64,000 nucleotides of DNA. It comes from an uncultured Acidobacteriota bacterium (GTDB taxonomy: Bacteria; Acidobacteriota; Thermoanaerobaculia; Multivoradales; UBA5704). The position numbers were made by a program, and so were the translations under genes. Under the pieces are notes generated by a model that was not told the origin of the DNA, searched no databases, and saw nothing but the letters and a program-made list of their open reading frames with translations. Positions 9,346 to 19,831 of this stretch are shown here, piece after piece (positions within the stretch are counted from its first letter, which is position 1; every line of letters begins with the position of its first letter). Location: contig CAVWRJ010000021.1 of the NCBI GenBank assembly GCA_963757335.1, positions 256,853 through 320,852 of the forward strand, read 5' to 3'.

Positions 9346-9626
9346 GCTGCACTGGTCGGGCGGTGTGAAGGTTTCGGTGAGTCGTGAGCAGCGCGCGGAG
9401 GTCATCCGGCGCCGCACGGGACGCGTGAAGAGGGCGGCTAGATGAGGGAGGTTTTACTACCGCGAGCTTCCCCCCTCCTTTCCTCCCCCTGACCCAACCG
9501 CCTCCCGCCCAGGGGGGAGAGACGCGAGATCGAGGCGTTCGTGGGCTTGGCCAAGCGGCTGGAAGTGCGAGTGGGCCGGCGCCAGTTCTCCAAGGAAGTG
9601 CAGGGCTTGCTGGTCTCCGGGGGGTT

Positions 9627-9860
9627 CTAGAATTTCGGCAGCAACCCGGACTGGACGAGGTCACGCTGCTCGACGGACATCGTCGGGATCTCCTGGCCGA
9701 GTTGCTGGTACGCCAATACTATCTCGTGGAGGGCGTCCCGGAGCATCGCCCGGCACTCTTCGATCGTGCCCCCCTCCGTGACCACCTCGGGCCATTCGAG
9801 GAGCTGGCCTATGTACCCGGAATCGATCTTCGCGTACCTCGCCGTATAGCTCTGGAGCAC
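9627..9860 (-). CDS. HicB-like (UPF0150) antitoxin-domain protein, no HicA partner found
   Basis: YTARYAKIDSGYIGQLLEWPEVVTEGGTIEECRAMLRDAL fits the HicB N-terminal fold pattern. No HicA-like ORF in any frame of the flanks. Confidence 0.4.
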   Translation of the reverse strand: MLQSYTARYAKIDSGYIGQLLEWPEVVTEGGTIEECRAMLRDALHEIVLAYQQLGQEIPTMSVEQRDLVQSGLLPKF

Positions 9861-9912
9861 CGCTCCTCCCTTCTTGTGCGGAACCGATTGTACTCCGGCG
9901 GAGGGGAGCGTC

Positions 9913-11341
9913 TCAGTACGCGTTCAGCCGCATCGCATGCCGGAAGGTCATCCAGAGGATCTTGAAGTCGAGCCCCAGCGACCAGTTCTCGATGTAGTAG
10001 AGGTCGTACTGGATCCGCTTCTTGATCGAGGTGTTGCCGCGCCAGCCGTGGACCTGGGCCCAGCCGGTGATGCCGGCTTTCACTCGGTGGCGGAGCATGT
10101 ACTGGGGGATCTTGTGCTTGAACTCGCGGACGAAGGTCGGGCGCTCGGGGCGGGGACCGACGATCGACATGTCGCCGACCAGGACGTTCCAGATCTGCGG
10201 CAGCTCGTCGAAGCTCCAGCGGCGGAGGAAGCTTCCCACCCGGGTGCGGCGGGGATCGTCCTTGACCGCCCAGACCGGGCCGGAGCTCGCTTCGGCGTCG
10301 ATCCGCATGGAGCGGAACTTCAGGATCATGAAGCTCTGGCCGTCGAGCCCCATCCGCTCCTGGCGGTAGAAGATCGGCCCGCGATCCTCGAACCAGATGG
10401 CGAAGGCGGCGAAAGGGAAGAAGGGGAGGAGCACGAGGTGCGCGGCGAGGGCGATCGCGATGTCCATCCCCCGCTTCACGAGGCTGTTCCAGCCCTGGAG
10501 GGGGACCTGCGAGAGGTTGATGACCGGCGTGCCGTCCAGATCCTCCAGGGTGGCTTTGAGCGTCGCGTACTGGAGGATGTCCGGCACCAGCTTGGTCTCG
10601 ACGCATTCGCGGGCCATCAGCTGCAGCATCGAGAGGGTCTTCTTGTGCGCCTCGATAGGGAGGGCCATGTAGACCTGGTCGATCCGCGTCTCCGCCAGGA
10701 CCTCCTCGGCCTGCTTGAGAGTCCCGAGGACCGGGACGCCGCAGACGAGGGTGCCGGCCTTGCCGGGGTCGTCGTCGAGGAAGCCCACGACGTCGAAGCC
10801 TGAGACCGCGATGGGCGAGGATCTTCTGGGTGATCTCGCGGCCGAGGGTGCCGGCGCCGATCACCAGGATGCGCTGGAGGTTGAGTCCCAGGAGCCGCGA
10901 GCGGCGGGCGGCGAAGCGCAGGACCATGCGGATCGCGCCGACGGAGAGGAAGTCGGCGAGGGCGAAGATCCCCAGGAAGGCGCGGCTGTAGGTGAAGTAC
11001 TCGGTGCTCCCGGGATAGACCGGCGGCCGGTACCAGGCGATGACCACCGAGAGGAGGACGGTCGCCAAGAGCACCGCCACGAAGAGGGTAAGGATCTCGT
11101 CGACCCGGCTTCGCCCCCTGCGGCTCTGGTAGAGCCCATGAAAGTAGAAGACGACCGGCCACAAAACGAGGACGATCGGCACCAGTCTTAAGTAGGGGGT
11201 GAACTCCGGGACGTTCTTGGTGACCGGGATGATCGCCATCTCGAAACGCAGGAGCCAGGCGCCTAAAAAGGCGGCGAGGGTTCCCAGGAGATCTCCGGCC
11301 AGGTAGAGGCCGGCCGTCATGCGATGGCGTTGGCGGATCAC
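9913..11341 (-). CDS. undecaprenyl-phosphate sugar phosphotransferase (WbaP/EpsB-like bacterial sugar transferase); 1-nt frameshift near 10803
   Basis: N-terminal TM helices and VIGAGTLGREI Rossmann segment in one frame. The FLDDDPGK...catalytic domain (PQIWNVLVGDMSIVGPRPERP) is in a second frame. Removing one a in ctcaggcttc restores GLGFDVVGFLDDDP. Confidence 0.85.
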
Positions 11342-11355
11342 GGGCTAGCGCACCC

Positions 11356-12495
11356 TCAAGATGAAGACGGCTTGCGGGTCAGCAGGGAGCTGAGCCCTTC
11401 AGTGAAGCGCTGGGCGGAGAACTGCTCCGCCCGCTGGCGTAGATCCAGTGGATTGGATCGAATCTGGCGAGTTTTGTCAATCGCCGCCGTCAGTCCGTCC
11501 ACCCCTTCCTCCTCGGGATAGAGGGCGCCGTGCACACCTTCTTCGACCACGTCGAGCACGCCGCCTCGGGAAACGGCTGCAACCGGCGTGCCGCAGGCCA
11601 GCGCCTCGACGCAGGCGATGCCGAAATCCTCCACTCCCGGTTGCAGAAAGCACTGGGCGCCGCGGTAGAGATCGCGCAGGCGCTCCGGCGTCACCCGGCC
11701 CACGAGATGAGTCGTGGGACCCGCCAGGCGGGTCAGCCGCTCGCGCTCCGGGCCTTCGCCGACGATGTAGAGCGGCAGCCCCAGCCGCTCGCAGGCGGCG
11801 ATCCCCACCTCGACCCGCTTGTAGGGGGCGAGAGCGGAGACCATCAGGGCGTGTCCACGGGCGTCGCGCTCTTCCTCTCCAGTCCCTGAAGCAGGGGTGA
11901 AGAAGTCCACGTCGACCGGCGGATGTGCCACTTCGGCATGCCGGCCGTAGTAGCGGCGTACCCTTTCGGCAACAAAGGATGAATTTGCCACGAAGAGGTC
12001 TACGCGCGAGGCCGAGGCGGCGTCCCAGGTGCGGAGCGCCGAAAGAGTGAGCGAGCGTAGGTGAGCGGCGAGGCCGGTGCGCTTCGGGAAGTAGGCGTGC
12101 TCCTGGTCCCAGGCGTAGCGCATGGGCGTGTGGCAGTAGCAGGCGTGAAACGTTCCCGGGTGCGGGATCACCCCCTTGGCCACGCAGTGGGAGGAGGAGA
12201 CGACGAGGTCGAAGCCCTGGAGGTCGAACGCCTCGATGGCGGTGGGGAAGAGGGGGAGATAGCTCCGGTAGTGCCGGCGGAGCCCCGGGGCGCGATTCAG
12301 GAAGCTGGTGTGGATGGGGTGGCTCTCGATCGCCGCGCTGACGCTCCCGGGAAAGTGGAAGAGGGTGAAGATCGGGGCGCCGGGGAAGAGGGCGCAGAGA
12401 TGCTCCAGGACCTTCTCGCCGCCGCGCATGCCGGTCAGCCAGTCGTGGATGAGGGCGACCCGCGCCGGCTGGCCACCGCCGGAGGGGGGCTCCAT
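11356..12495 (-). CDS. glycosyltransferase family 4
   Basis: GT-B fold: C-terminal EDFGIACVEALACGTPVAA (EX7E-like) motif. Confidence 0.8.
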   Translation of the reverse strand: MEPPSGGGQPARVALIHDWLTGMRGGEKVLEHLCALFPGAPIFTLFHFPGSVSAAIESHPIHTSFLNRAPGLRRHYRSYLPLFPTAIEAFDLQGFDLVVSSSHCVAKGVIPHPGTFHACYCHTPMRYAWDQEHAYFPKRTGLAAHLRSLTLSALRTWDAASASRVDLFVANSSFVAERVRRYYGRHAEVAHPPVDVDFFTPASGTGEEERDARGHALMVSALAPYKRVEVGIAACERLGLPLYIVGEGPERERLTRLAGPTTHLVGRVTPERLRDLYRGAQCFLQPGVEDFGIACVEALACGTPVAAVSRGGVLDVVEEGVHGALYPEEEGVDGLTAAIDKTRQIRSNPLDLRQRAEQFSAQRFTEGLSSLLTRKPSSS

Positions 12496-12500
12496 GCGGC

Positions 12501-13685
12501 TCAGGGGGCGTCCTCGCGGGGGCGCACCTGGATCGACTGCGAGCCGGTTCCGGAGAGATCGGGGGCCTCTCCCAGGGCGGCGCGGTAGACGTCCAGGGTG
12601 CGCCGGGCCGTCCTCTCCCAGCGGAAGTCCTCGGCCCGCCTCGTCCCCAGCTTGGCGAGGGCCGTCCGGTGCTCGGGGTCGGCCATGCAGCGGGCGATGG
12701 CCTTCGCCATGCCGTCGACGTCGAGCGGGTCGACGAGATGCGCGTAGCCCTCGGCGATCTCTTTGAGCGCCGAGGTGTTCGAGGTGATCACCGCCACTCC
12801 GGAGGCCATGGCCTCGATCACCGGCAGGCCGAACCCCTCGTAGAGGGTCGGATAGAGGAAGAGCTCCGCCCCCTGGTAGATGGCGGGGAGGGCGTCGTCG
12901 GGGACATGGCCGATCTGCCGTACCCGGTCTTCGAGGCCGAGGTAGAGGGCCCGCTGGCGGACCTTCTCGTCCCCCCCTCCTTGCCGCCGACGCAGAGGAG
13001 CGGCGCGTCGAACTGGGCGATGCGGCGGGCCCGGGCGTAGGCCTGGACGACGTTGTCGAGGTTCTTGTGCGGCTTGGGGTTGCCGACGAAGAGGAGGTAG
13101 GGCCGGCGGATACCGTGCTCGGCGAGCCGGCGCTCGATCTCGTCCTCGGGCAGGCGCTGGCGGAAGCGGTCCTCGACCCCGTTGTAGATCACCTGGATCT
13201 TCTTGCCGTCGACCTCGAAGTACTCCATGAGGTCGGCCTTGGTGTTCTGCGACACGGCGATGACGCGGTCGCCGCGCGACAGGCCCCGCCGGATCATCCC
13301 CTGGGCGTAGAAGAAGGCGAGGCCGCTCGGCAGGAACTCCGGGTAGAGGAGGTGGATGATGTCGTGGATCGTCACCACCACCCGCCCCTTGATGAACCCG
13401 GGGAGGACGTAGTGGGTCGAGTGGTAGAGGTCTAAGTCCAGGCGGTAGAGCTGCCAGGAGAGGGCGAGGATCTCGCGGAGCGAGTAGACCGGCGAGCTCT
13501 CGATGGCGACCTTGAAGTTCTCCGGCAGCTCCGGCAGGAACTCCCGGTCGGCCGGCCGGACGAGCAGCACGTAGCGGTTCTCGCGGTCGAGCGCGGTCAG
13601 CGAGCGGACGAGGTTCCGGACGTAGGTGCCGATCCCGAAGTCCTGGATCTTCCGCGCGTCCAAGCCGATCGTGTAGGGCAAAGGG
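12501..13685 (-). CDS. glycosyltransferase family 4; frameshift between the N-terminal half (frame of ORF 12818..15082) and C-terminal half (frame of ORF 12501..13760)
   Basis: N-terminal IGLDARKIQDFGIGTY. C-terminal LYPTLYEGFGLPVIEAMASGVAVITSNTSALKEIAEGYAHLVDPLDVD...FRWERTARRTLDVYRAAL. Start codon uncertain. Confidence 0.75.
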   Translation of the reverse strand, partial: PFALHDRLGRAEDPGLRDRHLRPEPRPLADRARPREPLRAARPAGRPGVPAGAAGELQGRHRELAGLLAPRDPRPLLAALPPGLRPLPLDPLRPPRVHQGAGGGDDPRHHPPPLPGVPAERPRLLLRPGDDPAGPVARRPRHRRVAEHQGRPHGVLRGRRQEDPGDLQRGRGPLPPAPARGRDRAPARRARYPPALPPLRRQPQAAQEPRQRRPGLRPGPPHRPVRRAAPLRRRQGGGDEKVRQRALYLGLEDRVRQIGHVPDDALPAIYQGAELFLYPTLYEGFGLPVIEAMASGVAVITSNTSALKEIAEGYAHLVDPLDVDGMAKAIARCMADPEHRTALAKLGTRRAEDFRWERTARRTLDVYRAALGEAPDLSGTGSQSIQVRPREDAP

Positions 13686-13691
13686 TCTCCT

Positions 13692-13767
13692 GGCTCCGTT
13701 GGATTCCGAGGACGGGCGACTGGCTGCGCGGAGCGCCCGAAGGTCGCCCGCAGGATCCAACGGAGCC
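13692..13767 (-). repeat. dispersed palindromic element (copy 1 of 4): conserved core ...TGCGGGCG-CTCCTTCGGGCGCTTCGCGC-GCCAGTCGCCCGTCCTCGG... flanked by inverted arms
   Basis: Reverse complement of 13692-13767 aligns with the copies at 16117-16211, 37464-37544 and 43684-43774. Confidence 0.8.
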
Positions 13768-13788
13768 GTGTCCTCCTGGGACGACGAG

Positions 13789-14934
13789 CTAGTCTAGCGC
13801 CTCGGCGAAGACCTCCGCCATCTCCCGCGCCGCCTCTTCCCAGCGGAAGCGGGCGGCGCGGAGGACGCCGCGCCGGGAGAGGTCGGCGGCGCGGGCCGGG
13901 TCGTCGAGGATCTTCTTCAAGCGCGGCGGCCAGGCCGTCGGCGTCGTGGGGGGCGACCTGGAGCGCGGCGTCCCCCACCACCTCGGGCAGGCTCGACGCG
14001 CTGGAGACGACGGTCGGCACCCCGCAGGCGAGGGCTTCTAACGGCGGCAGGCCGAAGCCTTCGTAGAGCGAAGGGTAGGCGAAGGCCCGCGCCCCCTGGA
14101 AGAGCCGGACGAGGCGGTCGTCGTCGACCCGGCCGAGGGAGCGGACGCCGCCGTTCGAGAAGTTCGAGAGCCGCTCGATCCGGGCACGGAGGGCATCGTT
14201 GTGCCAGCCGGCGCCGCCGGCGAGGAGGAGCGGCGGGGTCGCCGGGTCTTCGCGGCGGAGCGCCTCCCAGGCGGAGAGGAGGACCGAGACGTTCTTCCGC
14301 GGCTCTAGGCTCCCGAGATAGAGGATGTAGCCCTCCGGGGTCCCGAGCTCCCGGCGGATCGCCGCCACCTCCTCCGGAGAGCCCGGAGCGAAGACCGGGT
14401 CCACCCCCTCGTAGACCACCCGCACCCGGGAGGCGGAGGCCGGGAAGTGGAAGGCGAGGTCGGCCGCGGTCGCCTGGGAGACGGCGACGATCCGCCGCGC
14501 CCGGTCGAGCGAACGTTCGAGAAAGGGGAGGATGCTCAAGCGGACCTTGACCGTGTGAGTCTCGGGATAGAGGAGGGTCGTCAGGTCGTGGATGGTGACG
14601 ACCGAAGGGAGCGCCCGCACCTTGGCGGCGAGGGGAAGGGTCATCAGGGGCGACCAGAAGAGGTCAACGTCCCCCCGCGCCAGCCGCCGCGGCAGCTGCA
14701 CCTGCTGCCAGATCACCCCCAGTGGCGCCGCTTGCACCTCGATCGCCACCCCCGCCGCCTCCAGCTCCTCTGCTCCTCGGGGAGGCTTGTGGCAGAGCCC
14801 GAGAAGCCGCGGGCCATTCGCCTGCTTGGCGAGAGCGAGGAGGAGATTCCGGGTATAGACGGAGATCCCGGTCGGTTCCGGCACCAGGGCGCGGAGGTCG
14901 ACGGCGAGGGTGGGCCGGGAGGCGCTCGGCATAG
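13789..14934 (-). CDS. glycosyltransferase family 4; frameshift near 13925
   Basis: IHDLTTLLYPE...YPSLYEGFGLPPLEALACGVPTVVSSASSLPEVVGDAALQV. The true C-terminus ...RFRWEEAAREMAEVFAEALD is in a second frame. Confidence 0.8.
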
Positions 14935-15261
14935 GGCGCGTCGGCTCGGCTACGAGAGTGCCGCTTCGAGGTCTTCCGGGGTGAGAATCAGCAGAGTGGC
15001 TTCGCGCAATACATTCGTGCCGAAGAGAGCTTTCAAGAATGCTTCCGCTCAAGGTAGCGGTAGTAATCCCATTCGTCCACATCCTTCAAGGAACCCAGAA
15101 GCTCCCGAGTCTTAGGTGGCAGCTCTTCGGATTCTGTCTCGGAAGGGTGCGCCCAGCGCTTGCCGAAACGGATCAGATCCTCGTCCAGCCGCAATGTGAG
15201 CTTGGATGACATGGGCTTCCTCCTCCAGACGTACCGATCTTAAAGGATTGTACGGCGGAGG

Positions 15262-17520
15262 TCACCCGTTGCTCCGGACCACCCGGTAGATCTCCTCCGC
15301 GCCGTCCCGGTAGATCGGCTGGAAGCGGCCGGGGTGGGAGAGGATCCAGCTCCGTTGCGGCTCCTCGCCGCCGGAGAGCCGGATCACGAGATATTGCACG
15401 TTCAAAACGGTGAGGATGCGCCAGAAGCGGCGGAACTCGGGGTAGTCGAAGGGGAACTCGGCGCTCCCGCCGAAGCGGTAGTACTGCGCGCGGAGGTCCC
15501 AGGTCGTGGGGACGATCTGGACGTCGTTCTGGAGCCGGCTGCCGAAGAAGAGGTAGGGCTGGTTGAAGGCTAGGTAGCCGACCGTGGCGCCCAGTGGACC
15601 CGCCGCCTGCTCCAGGGCGAGGGCGGCCGGCCGGTCGCGGAGCTTCAGGCGCTGGTAGGTGTCGATCCCCCGCGCCAGCCGGGGCGTCAGGAGGAGGAGG
15701 ACGGCGAGTCCGGCGATGGCGAGGACGGTCACCTGTCCTTCGTGGCAGCCGGCGAGCGGCGGCGCGGAGCCGTTCCCGCTGGGTCACGAGGATTGCGGCG
15801 ACGGCTACGAGGGCGAGGGCGAGGAGAGTCTTGCGCCGGTAGTCCAGGCCGATCCAGTTCTCGACCGGCGGGAGGAAGAGGAGGAGGCCGAGGAGGATCG
15901 CACGCACGGCGGCTCCGGCACCCCGGACCCGATCTTCCAGCCGCTCGGTCAGCCAGGCGAGGCCGACGGCGAGGAGGCCGAGGCCGGCGAGCCAGTAGCG
16001 GAGGTCCCGGTGGTCGTCCATCAGCTCCATGAATTCGAGGAAGAAGACGAGGGGGAGGGTGAGGACGATTGCCGCCTCCAGCCGGCTTTCCCGAGCGGGG
16101 GAGCCCTCCCGCCTGGCCGGAACCGGCTCCGTTGGTTCCTGCGGGCGGTCTCCTTCGGGCGCTTCGCGCAGCCAGTCGCCCGTCCTCGGAAGCCAACGGA
16201 GCCGGTCCCGGCCGGGCCCCCCATCCCGGCGCTGCCAGAGGAGCCTCGCGAGGGCGAGGAGAGGCGCCAGGAGAGCGGCCGGGAGCAGGGTGTAGGGGAA
16301 GAGGGGGCCGAAGAGGTCGGCGCGGTGGGTCAGGTAGGTCCAGACGTCGAAACGGAAGCTGTCGCGGGTGCGCCGGTAGGCGAGGGTCGCCGAATCCCAG
16401 CCGGGGAAGATCTCGTGTCCGAGGAGGCGGAGGGGGGCGGGGAAGAGGGGGTTGCCGGCGGTCCAGGCGTTTCGCAGGTAGGTGTAGCCGCCGGCCAGGA
16501 GGGCGACTCCGGCGAGGGTTCCGGCGAGAGCGAGGAGGCGGCGCCGGCCGGCGCCGTCGGCGAAGAGCGCTCTTCCCTCCGGCTGGGCGAGGAGGAGGAC
16601 GAGGAGAGCGAGGACGATCGTCGCGGCGTAGAAGAGGCCGATGTACTTGGTGCCGACGAGGAGCCCGAGGGCGAGGCCGGTGAGGGCGGCGCGGCCGGCG
16701 GTCGGTTTGCGGCTCGTGGCGAGGGCGCCGTCCAGGGCGGCGAGGGTGAGAAAGGCGGTCGTGTGGTCGTTGCCGGCGGTGAAGGCGAGGAGGGGGAGGA
16801 CCCGGAAGATCGAAGCGTAGAAGAGGGGGGCGAGGGTGGCCGCCCGGCGCGACAGACCGAGCCGCCGGCCGAGGGCGGCGAGGGCGAGGAGGGAGGCGAG
16901 GGCGAAGGGGAGCTGGGTCCAGCGGGCGGCGAAGTCGCTGTCTCTAAAGGGCGCGAGGAGCGCCCAGGACCCGATCTCGGCGAGGATGGGATAGAAGGGC
17001 GTGCTCCGGTCGCCGAAGTCAAACTTCATCATCCGCAGGTCGCCGTGCCGCATCCAGGTGGCGACCGCCGCCATGTGGTAGGAGGCGTCGTCCCCCCCGA
17101 AGGCCCCCACCGGCTCGAAGCGCAGCTGCCACGCTATATAGAGGACGGAGACGGCGAGCGCCCCGGCGGCGGCGAGGACGAGCGCGGTCTCCGCCTGCTC
17201 GATCCAGGTGAGGGAGAAGACCCCCTCTTGAGCGGGGGCCTCCGCCTCTCCAGGTTTCGTCCGGAGAAAGGAGGTCGCGAGGGCGATGCCGGCGATCGTC
17301 AAGAGATACCAGGTGGGCCGGAGCAGGCCGAAGTGGCCGAGGAGGATCGCCGGCAGCGACCCCACGGCCACGGCGACCATGAAGCCGGCGACGGCGGTCG
17401 AGAGCGGCCCCTCCCCTCGCCCACCCGCGGCGAGCAGCCGGCGGGCGATCCGCCAGCCGGTGACCCCCAGGGCCAGAAGGAGGGCGAAGAAGACGAGGAG
17501 GTCGAGCCAGCGGGCGGGCA
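15262..17520 (-). CDS. GT-C fold membrane glycosyltransferase (GT39/GT83 ArnT/PMT-like); frameshift near 15735; carries an in-frame copy of the dispersed palindromic element
   Basis: At least 10 predicted TM helices. TGLALGLLVGTKYIGLFYAA is an ArnT/PMT-like segment. The C-terminal soluble domain sits in the frame of ORF 15262..15732. Confidence 0.6.
16117..16211 (+). repeat. dispersed palindromic element (copy 2 of 4), in-frame inside the GT-C gene
   Basis: Arms ccggaaccggctccgttggttcc / ggaagccaacggagccggtcccgg flank the conserved core. In the gene it is translated as ...GPGRDRLRWLPRTGDWLREAPEGDRPQEPTEPVP... Confidence 0.8.
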
Positions 17521-17591
17521 TGCGGGGGGGATTATCGCCGAGCCCCCATTCTCTTGTATCGTTCCCCCTCGACCGGGCCCTCCCAAACCGA

Positions 17592-19355
17592 ATGCGAATC
17601 CGCGCCACCCACGCCGTCTGCCTGTCCGTCGCGCTCCTCGGGCTCGCCCTCTCGCTCTACAAGATCCACTTCCCGCCCGGGCCGATGGCCGACGAGGCCG
17701 CCTACGTCATGATGACGGAGAGCCTCTGGCACGACCACGACCTGACCTACGACCACCGGGATCTCTTCCGCGCCTACGAGCTGTGGGACCAGGGGCCGAA
17801 CGGGGTGGTGCTGTCGACCAACGACGGCGGCAAGACCATGCACTACGGGAAGCCCTTCGTCTACTCGGCGGCGGCGCTGCCGTTCTACGGCCTCTTCGGG
17901 GTGCAGGGGCTGGTCGTCTTCAACATGGCGCTCTTCCTCGCCATGTTCTGGAGCGGCCTCTGGTACTTGAAGGACGAGGAGGGCTATGTCGGCCTCTATG
18001 TGGCCGGCTTCTTCTTCGCCTCGGTCTCTTTCGTCTACGTCTTCTGGATGCAGCCCGAGGTCTTCAACATGGCCTGCATCTTCTTTCCTCTCCTCTTCTG
18101 GCAGCATCTCCGCCGCCGGGGGGGAGAGGAGCGGCCGCGCGACCTCCTGCTCCTGGCGTTCGGCGGGGCGCTCGTCGCCGCCGCCTTCGTCTCCAAGGAG
18201 ACCGCGGTCCTCCTGGGGATACCGATCGGGCTCGACCTCCTCTGGCGCCGGCGCTTCCGTGCCCTCCTCGCCTATGCCGCCCCGGCGCTCCTCGCCCTCG
18301 CCCTCCTGGCCGGCACCCAGCACCGGCTGACCGGCTCCTGGAGCCCCTACCGCGGGGTGCAGCGGCGGTCGTTCGAGAGCCAGTACCCGATCGAGAGCCA
18401 CAAGGACATGTGGGCGCTCTACCGCGGCACGAGCTTCGGCTCCTGGTCGGGCCTCGGCATCCAGGCCACCCCGCGGATGCTCGCCTACGACACCGAGTAC
18501 TTCCTCCTCGGCCGCCACACCGGGCTCCTCCCCTATTTCCCCTTCGCCCTCTTCGCCCTCGGGCTCTACCTGGCGGGCCCGAAGCGGGACCTCGGGCGGA
18601 ACCTCCTCCTGCTCTCGATTTTCGGCTACTGCCTGGCCCTCGTCCTGTTGCGGCCGGACAACTACCACGGCGGGCTGGGGTTCCTGGGGAACCGCTACTT
18701 CGCGAGCATCTACCCGGCCCTCCTCTTCCTTCCCGGCCGGATGCGGGCCCGCAAGAGCCTCGTCCTCCCCTTTGCCGCCGCCGGGCTCTGGACCCTGGCG
18801 GTGATCGCCGTGCCGACCCAGGCGATCACCCCCGAGGCGACCCTCCAGGCGCACGTGCGGGTGAAGGCGTTCCAGGCCCTGCCGCTCGAGCTCACCCTCT
18901 TGAACAAGATCCCCGGCTACTTCCTCCGCGGCTGGGGGGACGGGGTCTGGGTGGTGCCGAAGGAGAACTTCCTCGCCGACGAGAGGAACCCCAACGGCGT
19001 CTGGCTGCGGGGCGCCTCGCGCTCCGAGGTCATCCTGGTGACCGCGGCGCCGGTCTCGGTGATCCGCTTCCGGGTCCACTCGCTCTCGGACGTCAACGTC
19101 TTCACCGCGGAGAGCGGGATCGACCGCATCCGGGTCGCCTTCGACACCGACGCCAAACGCCACGGGACGCCGATCGACCTCCAGGTGAAGCCGGTCGCCC
19201 GGGACCTCGGGTTCTTCGGCGACGCGGCGCCCCACGAGTACTTCTACCGCTTCTACCTGACGACGACCGACGGGGTCGTCCCCGCCCACCGCATGGGGGG
19301 GGACGATCAGCGCTATCTCGGGACGTTCCTCGACTTCACTGGGAAGGGGCCGTAG
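17592..19355 (+). CDS. polytopic membrane protein, putative GT-C-like glycosyltransferase or polysaccharide-assembly protein
   Basis: 588 aa with at least 10 hydrophobic helices and a C-terminal soluble beta-rich region. Divergent from the GT-C gene. Confidence 0.45.
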   Translation: MRIRATHAVCLSVALLGLALSLYKIHFPPGPMADEAAYVMMTESLWHDHDLTYDHRDLFRAYELWDQGPNGVVLSTNDGGKTMHYGKPFVYSAAALPFYGLFGVQGLVVFNMALFLAMFWSGLWYLKDEEGYVGLYVAGFFFASVSFVYVFWMQPEVFNMACIFFPLLFWQHLRRRGGEERPRDLLLLAFGGALVAAAFVSKETAVLLGIPIGLDLLWRRRFRALLAYAAPALLALALLAGTQHRLTGSWSPYRGVQRRSFESQYPIESHKDMWALYRGTSFGSWSGLGIQATPRMLAYDTEYFLLGRHTGLLPYFPFALFALGLYLAGPKRDLGRNLLLLSIFGYCLALVLLRPDNYHGGLGFLGNRYFASIYPALLFLPGRMRARKSLVLPFAAAGLWTLAVIAVPTQAITPEATLQAHVRVKAFQALPLELTLLNKIPGYFLRGWGDGVWVVPKENFLADERNPNGVWLRGASRSEVILVTAAPVSVIRFRVHSLSDVNVFTAESGIDRIRVAFDTDAKRHGTPIDLQVKPVARDLGFFGDAAPHEYFYRFYLTTTDGVVPAHRMGGDDQRYLGTFLDFTGKGP

Positions 19356-19357
19356 GT

Positions 19358-19783
19358 TTGACCGACGATCCGGGGGCGCGAGTCGCCCAGGTCCTCGCTC
19401 AGGTGCGCTCGGGGGTGCGCCAGCGCCAGGCGGAGGTCGCCGCCGCCGGCACCGGGAGCGAGGAGGCGCAGCACAAGCTCCTCGAGCTCAAGACCCGCGA
19501 GTACGTCCAGGAGCCGCTCTGCGTCTCGCCGCGGCCGGTCCTCGGGCGGCTCCTGGTGTTCTCGCGCAAGGCGGTCTTCCACCTGTTTATGAAGTGGTTC
19601 TCCCGTCCGGTTTTAGAGCAGCAGAACCTCTACAACCAGACCGTCGCCCGGCTGCTGGAAGATCTCCTGAAGACCCAGGAGGCCACCGAGCGGCGCCTGC
19701 GCGAGCTCGAAGCCCGGCATGCCGCCGATGCCGCCGATGCCGCCAATGCCGCCGATGCCGCCACGGAGCGCAAGGCACCGTAG
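19358..19783 (+). CDS. hypothetical protein, possible TTG start, C-terminal AADAADAANAADAA repeat
   Basis: Open frame immediately after the membrane protein. Ends with 9-bp tandem repeats gccgatgcc. No recognisable family. Confidence 0.3.
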   Translation: MTDDPGARVAQVLAQVRSGVRQRQAEVAAAGTGSEEAQHKLLELKTREYVQEPLCVSPRPVLGRLLVFSRKAVFHLFMKWFSRPVLEQQNLYNQTVARLLEDLLKTQEATERRLRELEARHAADAADAANAADAATERKAP

Positions 19784-19831
19784 CGAAATGCGTCTTCTAG
19801 AGCCTCTAGAGCCTCCCCCTTCACCCCTACC

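Noticed and set aside
9440-9627. Short open frame ...EIEAFVGLAKRLEVRVGRRQFSKEVQGLLVSGGF checked as a possible HicA partner or gene remnant
   Set aside because: Under 60 aa, with no HicA (YcfA) signature and no start or RBS context. Left unannotated.
12501-13760. 419-aa ORF starting MDPAGDLRALRAASRP..., and the 754-aa ORF 12818..15082, as single genes
   Set aside because: They are chimaeras. Pro/Arg-rich stretches are out-of-frame read-through; the real products are two GT4 genes joined across frameshifts.
15659-19783. 1374-aa ORF on the plus strand
   Set aside because: Low-complexity Arg/Gly/Pro/Glu-rich translation that runs antisense or out of frame across the GT-C gene and the membrane-protein gene. 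It is a typical spurious long ORF of 70% GC DNA. Only its last roughly 140 codons (19358-19783) might be a real small gene.
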